A stretch of DNA of 64,000 bases from an uncultured Acidobacteriota bacterium (GTDB lineage: Bacteria > Acidobacteriota > Thermoanaerobaculia > Multivoradales > SZUA-115). Position 1 is the stretch's first letter, and each line of letters opens with the position of its first letter. A program made the position numbers and the translations under genes. Below the pieces are notes generated by a model. It did no database searches. It was not told the DNA's origin and saw only the letters and a program-made list of their open reading frames with translations. This document shows positions 1 through 9,584 of this stretch, piece by piece. The stretch covers positions 672,001 to 736,000 of the forward strand of contig CAWDVR010000001.1 in the NCBI GenBank assembly GCA_963805975.1, given 5' to 3'.

Positions 1-381
1 ATCGTCATCATGCCCTGGCGGCTGCTCTCGGACTACGGCACCTACATCTTCGGCTGGCTGGTGGGCTACTCGGGCTTCCTCGGGCCGATCGCGGGCATCT
101 TCATCGCCGACTACTGGCTGGTGAGGAAGGCCCGGCTGTCGCTCGCCGACCTCTACGTCACCGACGGCATCTACCCGCGCTGGAACTGGAAGGCCCTCGC
201 CGCGCTCGCGGCCGGCGTCACCGCGGCGCTGGTGGGCTTGGTGGTGCCGGAGCTGCGAGCGCTCTACGACTACGCCTGGTTCGTGGGCTTCGGCGTGGCC
301 TTCGGCCTCTACTGGCTGCTGATGCGGGGCACGCCGGTGGTGGATCTCAGCGGCGTGCCGACGGTGGATGGCTCGAGCTAG
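1..381 (+). CDS. NCS1 family nucleobase:cation symporter (cytosine/uracil/allantoin permease), 5'-truncated by window edge
   Basis: Hydrophobic C-terminal half with PWRLL...LGPIAGIFIADYW...YDYAWFVGF motifs typical of NCS1 permeases; frame open to base 1. Confidence 0.85.
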   Translation: MVIMPWRLLSDYGTYIFGWLVGYSGFLGPIAGIFIADYWLVRKARLSLADLYVTDGIYPRWNWKALAALAAGVTAALVGLVVPELRALYDYAWFVGFGVAFGLYWLLMRGTPVVDLSGVPTVDGSS

Positions 382-406
382 CCATTCTCGGCGGGAGCGG
401 GCAGGG

Positions 407-1642
407 TCAGACCTCGCCGACGTCGACGGTGCGCGCGTAGTACCCGGTGTCGAGCCGGCGGGTGCGCACGCGGGGCTCGTCCACGCGCAGCCGGATCTCG
501 ACCTGCCCAGGAGTGGGCGTGCGCCAGACGTAGCGCCACAACCTCCAGGTGGCGGGAGAGCCCGGTTCGAGGTGATCGACCGGCAGCCAGGGACCCTGCG
601 CTCCGCAGCGCACGGCGAGCCGCTTCACGGGCCGGTCGCCTCCCCAGAGGATACCCAGCACGCGCAGCTCGAGGCCCCGCGCGGTCTGCCACTTCTCGAC
701 CCACACCGGCATTGCGGCCGGGTCGATCGCGGCGGGCGCGAAGTCCAGGGCACGCTCGGGCACTCCCTGCTGATGGGTGCGGGCCGCGAACTCGCGCATC
801 TGGCTGCTCGCCAGCGCATCCGGCCCGACCCAGCGGATGGACCGTACCCACTTGATCGAGGTGCAGCCGTACCAGCCGGGCACGATCAGCCGGACCGGCA
901 CGCCGTGGTCGGCGGGCAGCGGCCGGCCATCGAGCTCGGTGGCGAAAAACGCCTTCGTGGCAGCGAGTTGCTCGCGGGTGAAGATCCAGCTCGCCCCCGG
1001 GGTCGAGCTGATCGCCGTTGCCGGGTGGAGGTCGAAACCTACGACCTCCACCGCCGCCGCCCGGCGCAACGGGTGCGCACGGTCGAGCACCGCGACGACT
1101 GGCACGCCGCTCCAGCGCGCCGCGCTGAGCAGCCCGAAGCTGTGCTCGGCCGAGTTGCCCGAGCACTCGACGAGATGGGTCCCTCGGGGCCGGGCTCGGC
1201 GCTGTAGCTCCTGGATCCGGACCGTGACCGGCCGGCGGACCAGGCCCACGAGATCGATCTTCCAGCGGCGAGCGTCCTCCAGGCCGTCCGGCTTGAAGGT
1301 GCGGATGAAGAAGCGGTCCGCGGGCACGGCCAGCGACTGCCGATCGAGGGTCGAGAGATCGAAGATCTTCCGCCCCCCGAGGCCCGAGCCGAAGCGCCGC
1401 TCGAGGCTCTCTTGGGGCCCGTCGTTACGCCAGCTCCCCTCGCCGACGAAAGGCAGCATGCCCAGCAGCTCACCCTGGTCGACCGCGGCCGGCGTGCGTG
1501 CGGCACCAGGGGATGACTCTGCGGCAAGCGGCGGCGGGCCGCTCCACTGCCGAGCTGCGGCCAGCACCCCGGCCGCGAGGCAGCCGGCCACGAGCTCGCG
1601 GCGGTTCAGGTGGGCGGTGCCGGGCTCCTCGTCTCGAGGCAC
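407..1642 (-). CDS. Tat-exported molybdopterin-dependent oxidoreductase (sulfite oxidase family)
   Basis: Twin-arginine NRRELVAG; FFIR, Mo-ligand VECSGN and HGVPVRLIVPGWYGCTSIKWV motifs. Confidence 0.85.
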   Translation of the reverse strand: MPRDEEPGTAHLNRRELVAGCLAAGVLAAARQWSGPPPLAAESSPGAARTPAAVDQGELLGMLPFVGEGSWRNDGPQESLERRFGSGLGGRKIFDLSTLDRQSLAVPADRFFIRTFKPDGLEDARRWKIDLVGLVRRPVTVRIQELQRRARPRGTHLVECSGNSAEHSFGLLSAARWSGVPVVAVLDRAHPLRRAAAVEVVGFDLHPATAISSTPGASWIFTREQLAATKAFFATELDGRPLPADHGVPVRLIVPGWYGCTSIKWVRSIRWVGPDALASSQMREFAARTHQQGVPERALDFAPAAIDPAAMPVWVEKWQTARGLELRVLGILWGGDRPVKRLAVRCGAQGPWLPVDHLEPGSPATWRLWRYVWRTPTPGQVEIRLRVDEPRVRTRRLDTGYYARTVDVGEV

Positions 1643-1699
1643 GCCCGGCCGCGCTGCAAGCTACGTTCCACGTACGGGATCTGCGCCCGGCATCTCCTC

Positions 1700-4600
1700 C
1701 TAGAGCGGCTCCGAGTTCGGCGTCGGCGTGGCCTGGACCTGCCAGGCGCCGGCGAGGGTGGTGCGCTCGATCGAGGAGCCGCCGGAAGCGTCGCTCACGT
1801 CGGGTGAGTTGGCGCCGCCGGTCTCGTCGATCAGGTTGCTCGAGTTGCTGGTGCCGTAGATCACCGCATCGACCGGCACGGTGGTCGAGGTGAAGAAGGC
1901 GGCGCGCATGTTGAAGAGCGCCACTCCATCGGCCACCGCTCCGCTGTTCTGGAGGTCCGGGTCGAAATCGTAGGACTGGCCGTAGCTCGGGTTGCCGTTG
2001 GCCGAGCTCGAGGTCGGGCCGCCGACCACGAACGTGGCGCCGGAGGCGATCGAGCCGGAGAGCTGCACCCTGCCGCCGTCGGTGTAGTCGTCACCGGCCA
2101 TTCCGAGGCTCATGCTCGACAGATCGACCGTGGCGCCCGAGGCGTTGTAGAGCTCGATCCACTCGACGCCGCCGTCCGCGCCCGTGGGGTCGTACAGCAC
2201 CTCGGAGAGCAGGATCGCGCCCTTCGGAACGGTGAAGGCCGTGCCGTTGACCCGCTTGCCGGGGGAGTAGCGCGTCCCGCCCGAGCCGGAGGCCAGCGTG
2301 TGCTTGACGAGCGGGGTGTGGGTCGAGTCCGGGCTGCGGGTCAGCGACTGGTCGTTGTTGGCGGCCGAGTTGTAGGTCACGGCGTGCACCACCGTGCCGC
2401 CGCCGGTCTTGAGCGTGATGGTGTCGCCGGCGTTGTTGAGCGCCAGGGTGCCGGTGCTGGCGATGAACACCAGGCCGTTGGCCGCCGCGTTGCCGAAGGC
2501 GCCGGTGGGCGTGCCGGCGCCGAACACCACCACCGCCTCGCGCGGCGGCACCACCGTGCTCGCGGCGAAGGTGTGCCGCACTCCCACGAGGTCGGAGATG
2601 GTGTAGCCCGAGATGTCCATGGGCACGTAGCCGGTGTTGACGATCTCGAGGAACTCGTCGTCCTCCACGTCGAGCGCGCTGTCGCCGTTGGCGTCGCCCA
2701 GCGTGGCGTGCGGATCGGCGTGGATCTCGTGGATGAGGAGCGCCGGGTGGTTCACCTCGTCGCTCACGAAGTCGGCCTTGGCGCGGGGCGTCAACTGGTA
2801 GCCGGAGCTGAACGGCGCCCAGGAATCGAACTGCGTCACCAGCGCGATGAGGTCGAAGGTCTGGGTGGGGGAGTCGGCGCCGGGAATGTCCGTGTCCTCG
2901 TCGATCCGCACCGTGACCTGGGTGGCGCCGCCGTTGTCCGTGACCAGCAGATTGCCGCCCCCGCCCTCGGGGATCGTGCCCGAGACCACCGTCAGCCCGT
3001 TGACCCGCACCAGCTTGCCCTCGCGGGCCTCTCCGACCTGCGAGAGGGTGATGACCTCGGGCGACGGCGCGCTGCCGGAGGAGATGAGGGTGTGACCGAA
3101 GTTTCCCCAGTCCTCGGCCGTGTTGAGCTCGGTCTGGCCGGAGAACTGCTCGAGCTCGCCCACGAACTGCACCAGGTCGCCGCGCGCGAGCGTCAGCAGG
3201 TCGCCGTCGAAGATCTGGATGCCGCCCGTCGCGTCCTGCACGAAGGCCTGGGTGACGAAGGTGTGGAAGAGGCCGGGCTCGGCCGTGAGGTTGCCCTCGA
3301 CCCGCGCGCCGTAGCGCTTGGGCACCAGCACGCCGTCGCCGTCGTTCACCTTGAGATCGGCGATGTCCGTCACCCCGGAGTAGTAGCCGTGGGCCGGCGA
3401 CAACGTCACTTGCGTGGCCGAGTCCGTGGCCTCGACGCGGAAGCGCACCTGCGTGCCGTCCGCCTGCGCGGGGATGGTCGCCGAGTAGGTGCCGGAGGAG
3501 AGGCTCATGGTGAGCGCCGTCTGCTCGACGCCGTCCAGCCAGTAGCGCAGGCGGACCGTTACCGCGCCCGCGTCCGCGACGCGGGCCTCGACCTCGACTG
3601 CTTCGCTGTCCTCCGGCACCAGCGGGTCGCGGCCCACTTCGAGGATGGCCGGCGGGAAGTCGCCCGGCGTGCCGGCGCCCGCATCGGCGGGGAAGGCCTG
3701 GCGGCCGAAGCCGCAGGCCGAGAGCTCATAGGAGTCGCCGTCCGAGATCAGCAGCATGGTGCCGGGCTTGCCGAAGGCGCCGTCCACGTCGTCGCAGTCC
3801 GCGATGCCGGCGGCGAGCGTGTCGTCCGAGCGCGCGTCGCCGGGCTTGCTGGCGTTCTGCTGGAAGAAGAGCGGCTCGTTGCCGTCCGTGTCCAGCGTGT
3901 CGAGGAAGCGCTCCACCACCACGGCGCGGGGATGGCCGAAGTCGTTCCCCGCCGAGTTCTGGTTGATCGCGATCTCGGCCTTGAGGCCGGCGAGGAACGT
4001 AGCGTTCGAGCTGGTGTGGCTGCCGTGGTGGTTCACGGTGTAGACGTCCACGTCGCCCACGAACGGCACGACCTCGCTCTCGACATCGGTCACGTCCTCG
4101 GCCGGGTTGCCGGTCAGGTCGCCGCCGATCCACACCTGCACCTCGCCGTACTCGACCACTACCGCGACCGACGCCGAGTTCTCGAACTGCGCCGAGCCCG
4201 AGATGTCCACGTCGCTCGAGTCCGGCAGGTCGCCGTTGACCACGTAGCAGCGCACCGTCACGCCGCCGCCGAGGTCGATCGAGGTCGTCGCCGTGATCGT
4301 GGTGCGGTCGTGGAAGCTCGCGCCGTAGGCGTAGTCCGAATAAGCGAAGCTCCCCGGCGTACCGCCCGTGGTGCCACGGTCGTAGGTGATGGCGCCCCCG
4401 GCCAGCGGCACGAGCTGGAAGACGTGGTCCAGCCGACCGATGTGGTCCTCGTCGTAGTGAGTGGCCACCACGTAGTCGACGCTCGCGGCCACGCCGGCGT
4501 CGATCAGGTCGTTGATGAAGTCCTCGACCACGTCGTCGGCCAGCTTGAGCTCGGTGCCGGCGTCTACCAGCAGCGCCTTGCCGGTGGGCGACACCACCAG

Positions 4601-4729
4601 CGTCGAGCTTCCCTGCTCGATGTCCGGGTAGTAGATGCGCAGATAGTCCGCGGCGGCCGGCGCCGCGGCGAGAGAAAGCGCGAGCACTGCAACCAAGTGA
4701 GTCAGAGATCGGTGGAGTGTTGAGAGCAT
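1700..4729 (-). CDS. Secreted ComEC/Rec2-type metallo-beta-lactamase-fold hydrolase with OB-fold-like region and two lamin-tail domains (probable extracellular nuclease)
   Basis: ATG at 4729 with GAGGTG RBS; signal peptide; THYDEDHIG and NHHGS motifs; two LTD signatures (IHEIHADP..DEFLEIVN, LSEVLYDP..VEWIELYN). Confidence 0.75.
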   Translation of the reverse strand: MLSTLHRSLTHLVAVLALSLAAAPAAADYLRIYYPDIEQGSSTLVVSPTGKALLVDAGTELKLADDVVEDFINDLIDAGVAASVDYVVATHYDEDHIGRLDHVFQLVPLAGGAITYDRGTTGGTPGSFAYSDYAYGASFHDRTTITATTSIDLGGGVTVRCYVVNGDLPDSSDVDISGSAQFENSASVAVVVEYGEVQVWIGGDLTGNPAEDVTDVESEVVPFVGDVDVYTVNHHGSHTSSNATFLAGLKAEIAINQNSAGNDFGHPRAVVVERFLDTLDTDGNEPLFFQQNASKPGDARSDDTLAAGIADCDDVDGAFGKPGTMLLISDGDSYELSACGFGRQAFPADAGAGTPGDFPPAILEVGRDPLVPEDSEAVEVEARVADAGAVTVRLRYWLDGVEQTALTMSLSSGTYSATIPAQADGTQVRFRVEATDSATQVTLSPAHGYYSGVTDIADLKVNDGDGVLVPKRYGARVEGNLTAEPGLFHTFVTQAFVQDATGGIQIFDGDLLTLARGDLVQFVGELEQFSGQTELNTAEDWGNFGHTLISSGSAPSPEVITLSQVGEAREGKLVRVNGLTVVSGTIPEGGGGNLLVTDNGGATQVTVRIDEDTDIPGADSPTQTFDLIALVTQFDSWAPFSSGYQLTPRAKADFVSDEVNHPALLIHEIHADPHATLGDANGDSALDVEDDEFLEIVNTGYVPMDISGYTISDLVGVRHTFAASTVVPPREAVVVFGAGTPTGAFGNAAANGLVFIASTGTLALNNAGDTITLKTGGGTVVHAVTYNSAANNDQSLTRSPDSTHTPLVKHTLASGSGGTRYSPGKRVNGTAFTVPKGAILLSEVLYDPTGADGGVEWIELYNASGATVDLSSMSLGMAGDDYTDGGRVQLSGSIASGATFVVGGPTSSSANGNPSYGQSYDFDPDLQNSGAVADGVALFNMRAAFFTSTTVPVDAVIYGTSNSSNLIDETGGANSPDVSDASGGSSIERTTLAGAWQVQATPTPNSEPL

Positions 4730-4856
4730 AGTCGTCACCTCGTGTAGTGAAAGTTCACTATCCAAGGTGAAGCTGGATGGGGCGAGTGGGACGGCGAAGG
4801 CGTGAGGGGGAAGAGGCGAGGCCACCGAGCGCCTCGGCTCTTCAGGCCGAAACCAG

Positions 4857-5753
4857 CTAGGTCCCGGCCGTCGTTTGCCGGCGGTAGGTTCGCGGGCTGA
4901 CGCCGAACTCGCCGCGGAAGGCGCGGTTGAAGTTCGACAGGTCGCCGAAGCCGCAGTCGAGGGCGACGTCGGTGATCCGCGCCGGTTCGTCCGCCAGCCG
5001 CATCGCCGCTTCCCGCAGCCGCGCCCGCAGGACGTACTGGTGGGGCGTCACGCCGGTCGCGCGCTCGAAGGTGCGGAGGAAGTGATACGGGCTCAAGGCC
5101 GCCTCGCGCGCCAAGCTGCCCAGGGTGAGCGCGGCGTCGGGCCGGCGCTCGATCGCCCGCACGATCCGGGTCACCCGCGCCTCGGCACCGGAGGGAGCGC
5201 CCCTCGGGTCGGGGCCACGGCCGCTCGCGAGCTGCACGGCCTGCGCCGCCAGCCGGACGCCGAGCTCCTCCCAGGGCACGCCGCCGCCTGTCGCCAGGCC
5301 GGCACAGGCCCGCGCCACGAGCGGCGCCAGCCCGCGCAAGGGCGGCAGCCGGAGCGCCCGAAAGCCCGGCGTGCCGGCCGGGGCCCCGGCATCGGCGGCG
5401 AGGCGCTCGAAGTAGGCCGGGGAGTAGCGAAACGAGAGGCAGCGGTCTCCCGCGCCGTGCCGGTGCCCGCACTCGAAGGAGTGGCCCAGGCTGCCGAGCA
5501 GGAGAGATCCGGGCGTCATCAGCTCGCGGCCGGCGGCGGATCGGTACTCGAAGCTCCCCACCGCGACGATGGCGATGGCGACGTCCGCGTGGTGCTCCTC
5601 GAAGGGGCGATCCTCCGGGCCGGAGGTGCAGATCACGTCCTCGACCGCCCAGCTGTCGCCCTGGGCGAGCACCCGCCCCTCGGCCTTGCCCGCGGCGCCG
5701 TCCGCGGCTCGCCGCGCCAGGGCCCGTTCGAGATCGACCGCAATTTTTGCCAA
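4857..5753 (-). CDS. AraC family transcriptional regulator
   Basis: C-terminal LSPYHFLRTF...GVTPHQY...CGFGDLSNFNRAF double HTH; TTG start at 5753 preceded by GGAGG. Confidence 0.9.
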   Translation of the reverse strand: MAKIAVDLERALARRAADGAAGKAEGRVLAQGDSWAVEDVICTSGPEDRPFEEHHADVAIAIVAVGSFEYRSAAGRELMTPGSLLLGSLGHSFECGHRHGAGDRCLSFRYSPAYFERLAADAGAPAGTPGFRALRLPPLRGLAPLVARACAGLATGGGVPWEELGVRLAAQAVQLASGRGPDPRGAPSGAEARVTRIVRAIERRPDAALTLGSLAREAALSPYHFLRTFERATGVTPHQYVLRARLREAAMRLADEPARITDVALDCGFGDLSNFNRAFRGEFGVSPRTYRRQTTAGT

Positions 5754-5828
5754 GTAACCGCCTCCGGTGGCGCTGTACCGTGCTTCTAGCACGAATGCCC
5801 GGAACCCTCAACCACGTCAACGGAGGTC

Positions 5829-6335
5829 ATGATGAGCACGGCCCTGAGCACCAAGACCGAGATTCCCAACCACCTGGACGTCAGTGTGTACGCGCGGCTC
5901 CTCGAGGAGGGGTACGGACCGGGGGCCTGGCACGGCGCCGATCTGCGGGCCGCTCTCGCCGACGTGACGCCGGAGCTCGCCTTCTGGCGGCCCGCCCCCG
6001 GACGCCACAACATTGCGGAGATCGCCCTCCACCACGCCTACTGCGCGCGCTCCGTCCGCGCCCGGCTCTCGGGCAAGACGCCGGAGCCGTTCGTGATGGA
6101 GGGCGATGACTGGTTCGAGATTGCCGACGCGGCCACTCTCTCCTGGCCCAAGATCCTCGGCGTGGTGGATGCGGAGCAGGAGCGCCTGGCCGCCGTGATC
6201 GCGGGCCTCGGCAAGGACCGGAAAGAGGGCGGCCTGCCGGAGGCCGAGCGCTTCGACCTCGTGCTCGGCATCACCTGCCACGCCGTCTACCACGCTGGCC
6301 AGGTGCAGCTCACGAAGCGACTGGGGGTGGAATAG
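5829..6335 (+). CDS. DinB-like family protein
   Basis: AWHG, HNIAEIALH and CHAVYHAGQV His motifs; divergent from the AraC gene. Confidence 0.8.
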   Translation: MMSTALSTKTEIPNHLDVSVYARLLEEGYGPGAWHGADLRAALADVTPELAFWRPAPGRHNIAEIALHHAYCARSVRARLSGKTPEPFVMEGDDWFEIADAATLSWPKILGVVDAEQERLAAVIAGLGKDRKEGGLPEAERFDLVLGITCHAVYHAGQVQLTKRLGVE

Positions 6336-6350
6336 CCCGGTGAGGCCTGT

Positions 6351-7013
6351 TTACCCCGGGCCTGCTTCCTGGCCCTCTTCCGAGGGCCCGATCGGCTTGC
6401 TCTCCTCGATCGTGACCCGTGTGCCATAGAGCTGGGCCACGGCCGAGCCGGTCGGCTTGCCCGACGAGTCGGTCAGGAAGAAGTCGATGTTGCCCGTCGT
6501 CGCCTGATAGACCGATCCGATCTCGGGCCACTCGTCGATGTCCGCTTCGATCACGATCGGATTGCTGTTCACCATCGTCAGCCCCATGGCGGTGACTTGC
6601 AGGAACAGGCGGATCTTGCTGTGCACGGGAAAGACCGCGGCGCTCGAGGTCGTCTCGTGCACGCCGATGATCGGCAGGTTCGGGTTCTTGACGATCACCA
6701 CCGTGCCCACCGAGGTGCCGGTGAACGTACCCTGCAGGAAGTCGAACGAGTTGGTGAACTCCCAGGTGCCAGAGCTGTCGACGGGCAACTGGGTCTCGCA
6801 CTGGGCGTGCGCCTTGGAATGGGTGACGAGCTGGATCGGCGCCGCGTCCCCACCGAGCACCACCAGATTGGTTTCGATCAAGGCGTCGATCTCGGTCACC
6901 GTGCCGCCGGCCGGGAGCGGATCGTTCACCGCCGCCACCGAGGGCAGCGCCACGGAAACGAGCAAGGCAAGAGAGAAAACAAGGCTCAACCTCTGTCGAA
7001 CACGATCCATCAC
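6351..7013 (-). CDS. Hypothetical secreted beta-rich protein
   Basis: AAGGAGG RBS, signal peptide, plausible codon usage; no recognised motif. Confidence 0.65.
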   Translation of the reverse strand: MMDRVRQRLSLVFSLALLVSVALPSVAAVNDPLPAGGTVTEIDALIETNLVVLGGDAAPIQLVTHSKAHAQCETQLPVDSSGTWEFTNSFDFLQGTFTGTSVGTVVIVKNPNLPIIGVHETTSSAAVFPVHSKIRLFLQVTAMGLTMVNSNPIVIEADIDEWPEIGSVYQATTGNIDFFLTDSSGKPTGSAVAQLYGTRVTIEESKPIGPSEEGQEAGPG

Positions 7014-7221
7014 TGCGTTCCTCCTTGATTGCGGCCGGGCCAGAGGAAGACTGGCCGTCGCGAAATACCACCAACAGAGGTGTTCCCTGCTCTCAGGGAG
7101 GGGACACTCGGGTGCTCGGCCTGCGACAAGTGCTGGTCGGCCTGCCGAAACGCCTGGCGGATGGAACTTTCAGACCGGACGACTCGTCTCTCCAGAGTCG
7201 CAGGCTGGAAGGAGGATGCGC

Positions 7222-8658
7222 ATGATCTCGACCTTTCTTCGCTCCGTGTGTGTTGCCGTGGCCCTGGTCTCCCTGGTGTGGGTCGCCCGGGGAAGGGCGG
7301 TGGAGGGCACGCGCACGATCGCTCTGCCGTCGGATGCCGAGATTCGCCAGATGCTCGCCGAAAGGCTTGGTCCAGAGGACCGGGGAATCGGCGTCGTGGT
7401 CGGGGTGATCTCGCCGCAGGGTCGCAGGGTGGTCTCGTACGGCCGCCGCGGCCAGGGCGATCCGCGGCCTCTGGATGGCGATACCGCCTTCGAGATCGGC
7501 TCGGTGACCAAGGTGCTGACCGCGCTCCTCCTCGCCGACATGGTGCGCCAGGGCGAGGCAGCGCTCGTGGACCCGGTGGCGAAGTACCTGCCTGCCGGCA
7601 CCAGGGTCCCCCAGCGGAACGGGCACTCGATCAACCTGCTGGACCTCGCGACCCATACCTCGGGCCTGCCGTTCATGCCCGGCGGCGCGTTCGACGATTC
7701 GACCACCGCCAGCGCCTCGACGGCCCGCCTCTACCAGTTCCTCGCCGGCTCTGAGCTGCCGCGAGAGATCGGCGCGGAGTGGGAGTACTCGAACCTCGGC
7801 TACTGGCTGCTGGGCGAGGCGCTCGCGGCCCGCGCCGGCACCGGCTACGAGGCCCTTCTGCAGTCGCGTGTGCTGGGCCCGCTCGGGATGGCCCACACCA
7901 CGACGCGGCCGGATTCGAAGCTCGAAGCGAACCTTGCCGTGGGCCACGATGCCAGCTTCGAGCGAGCGCCGTACACTTCCTCGATCCCGATCTTCGCGGC
8001 CATGCCGGCTGCGGGCGGTATCTTCTCCACGGCCAACGACCTGCTGAAACTGCTCGGCGTGGCCATGGGCTACGAGCACTCGACCCTGAAGCCTTCGCTG
8101 GAGGCCCTGCTGCATCCACGCCGGCCGATGCCGGGAGCCGGGGCGGAGCAGGCTCTGGGCTGGGTGGTGATGGGGAAGGGGAGTGACCCGTGGGTCGTCC
8201 ACGACGGCGGCACCTTCGGGTTCTCGAGCTCCGTGGCCTGGGACCCCGAGGCCCGCGTCGGGATCGTCGTGCTCTCGAACCAGGTGACCGGCGTGGGTGA
8301 CATCGCGCGCCACCTGCTCCGGCCGGAGATCCCGCTGGCGAAGCCGCTGCTCGCGAAGCGCACCGAGATCGCGCTCGACGGCGCGGTGCTCGACACCTAC
8401 GTTGGCCAGTACGAGGCGCGGGGCGAAGGAGCCTTCCACATCGCCCGCGAAGGCGATTTTCTAACCTTCGTGGCACCGGAGAGCTGGGGCCTGCCGAAGC
8501 TCCGGCTGCGACCGGAGAGCCGGCGGGGCTTCTTCACCGCCGAGCTGCCGTTGCGGGTCGTCTTCGAGGCGGACGCGTCCGGCCGCGTGACCGGCGTGCT
8601 GATCCATCCGCCGCGCGGCCAGAAGGCGGTCCCCGCCGGCAGAGTCCCTCCGGGATAA
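7222..8658 (+). CDS. Serine hydrolase (beta-lactamase/AmpC-like family) with C-terminal DUF3471-like domain
   Basis: FEIGSVTK (SxxK), YSNLGY, HDGGTFGF; C-terminal LDTYVGQY; GGAGG before ATG 7222. Confidence 0.85.
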   Translation: MISTFLRSVCVAVALVSLVWVARGRAVEGTRTIALPSDAEIRQMLAERLGPEDRGIGVVVGVISPQGRRVVSYGRRGQGDPRPLDGDTAFEIGSVTKVLTALLLADMVRQGEAALVDPVAKYLPAGTRVPQRNGHSINLLDLATHTSGLPFMPGGAFDDSTTASASTARLYQFLAGSELPREIGAEWEYSNLGYWLLGEALAARAGTGYEALLQSRVLGPLGMAHTTTRPDSKLEANLAVGHDASFERAPYTSSIPIFAAMPAAGGIFSTANDLLKLLGVAMGYEHSTLKPSLEALLHPRRPMPGAGAEQALGWVVMGKGSDPWVVHDGGTFGFSSSVAWDPEARVGIVVLSNQVTGVGDIARHLLRPEIPLAKPLLAKRTEIALDGAVLDTYVGQYEARGEGAFHIAREGDFLTFVAPESWGLPKLRLRPESRRGFFTAELPLRVVFEADASGRVTGVLIHPPRGQKAVPAGRVPPG

Positions 8659-8711
8659 GGCGCTCCGCGGGCCGGGTGCTAGGCTGATCGTGCAGGCCGG
8701 CGGAGCCAAAC

Positions 8712-9578
8712 GTGACGCGAGAGCCCCTTCATCGTCTGCCAGCTTCCCGCCAGGCGGCCCCCCACGGCCTCGCCGCCCCGCTCGCGGTGCTGCGGATGGG
8801 CTTCGTCCTCGCGTGGCTGTCGGTGCCCGGGCAAGCGGTCGCCGGGCAGCCGCCGCCCACTTCTCCTGCCGAGGCCACGCCCCCTGCGCCTCCGGCCGCA
8901 GCGCGGGCGCCCCTGCCACCGCCGGGGGAGATGGCGCGGTGCAAGCGGCTGATCGATGCGGGTCACTACGAGGCAGCGCGCGCACGACTTCAACCCATCG
9001 TGGACCAGCACCCGGCGTGGGCGCGGGCGGTGTCGCTCCTCGCGCTGACCTACTACCGGGAGAGCCGCTTCGAGCTGGCCAAGCCGCTCTTCGAGAGGGC
9101 CCTGGCGACAGGCCCTGACGAGGTCGCCAGCTTGCCGCTCTACGGCTGGAGCCTCTACTCGCTGGGGGAGCTCGACGCGGCGGAGAAGGCGTTCGAAACG
9201 CTCCTGGAACGGAGGCCCGACTACGCTCCGGCCCACTACGCGCTCGGTGTGATCCGCCTCGATCGAGACGAGATCGAGCCCGCGCGCCAGCGGTTCGAAG
9301 CGACGGTCGAGCTGGCTTCGCGGCAGGCCGACCCGCCGATGGAGGGCAGGGCACGGGCGCGGCTCGGCGACCTTTACGTACGTCTGGACGATCTCGCGGC
9401 AGCTAGAAAGGAGCTCGAAGCGGCGGTCGGTCTCTTCCCGGACGAGGTCGAGGCGCACTTCAAGCTGTCGCGCGTCCTCCAGCGCCTGGGCGACAGCGCG
9501 GGAGCGGAGGCATCCCGCCGACGCTTCGAGGAAGCGAAGGCCAGGGCGCGCCCCGGAACCATCCCTCCGCCGAGCTGA
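8712..9578 (+). CDS. Secreted tetratricopeptide repeat protein
   Basis: Pro/Ala linker followed by several TPR units (AHYALG, AHFKLSRV); 6 nt upstream of the ASPIC/UnbV gene; start uncertain. Confidence 0.8.
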   Translation: MTREPLHRLPASRQAAPHGLAAPLAVLRMGFVLAWLSVPGQAVAGQPPPTSPAEATPPAPPAAARAPLPPPGEMARCKRLIDAGHYEAARARLQPIVDQHPAWARAVSLLALTYYRESRFELAKPLFERALATGPDEVASLPLYGWSLYSLGELDAAEKAFETLLERRPDYAPAHYALGVIRLDRDEIEPARQRFEATVELASRQADPPMEGRARARLGDLYVRLDDLAAARKELEAAVGLFPDEVEAHFKLSRVLQRLGDSAGAEASRRRFEEAKARARPGTIPPPS

Positions 9579-9584
9579 GAGCGC

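Noticed and set aside
7222-8658. Antibiotic-resistance beta-lactamase
   Set aside because: Motifs fit the broad serine hydrolase/peptidase family; nothing indicates resistance
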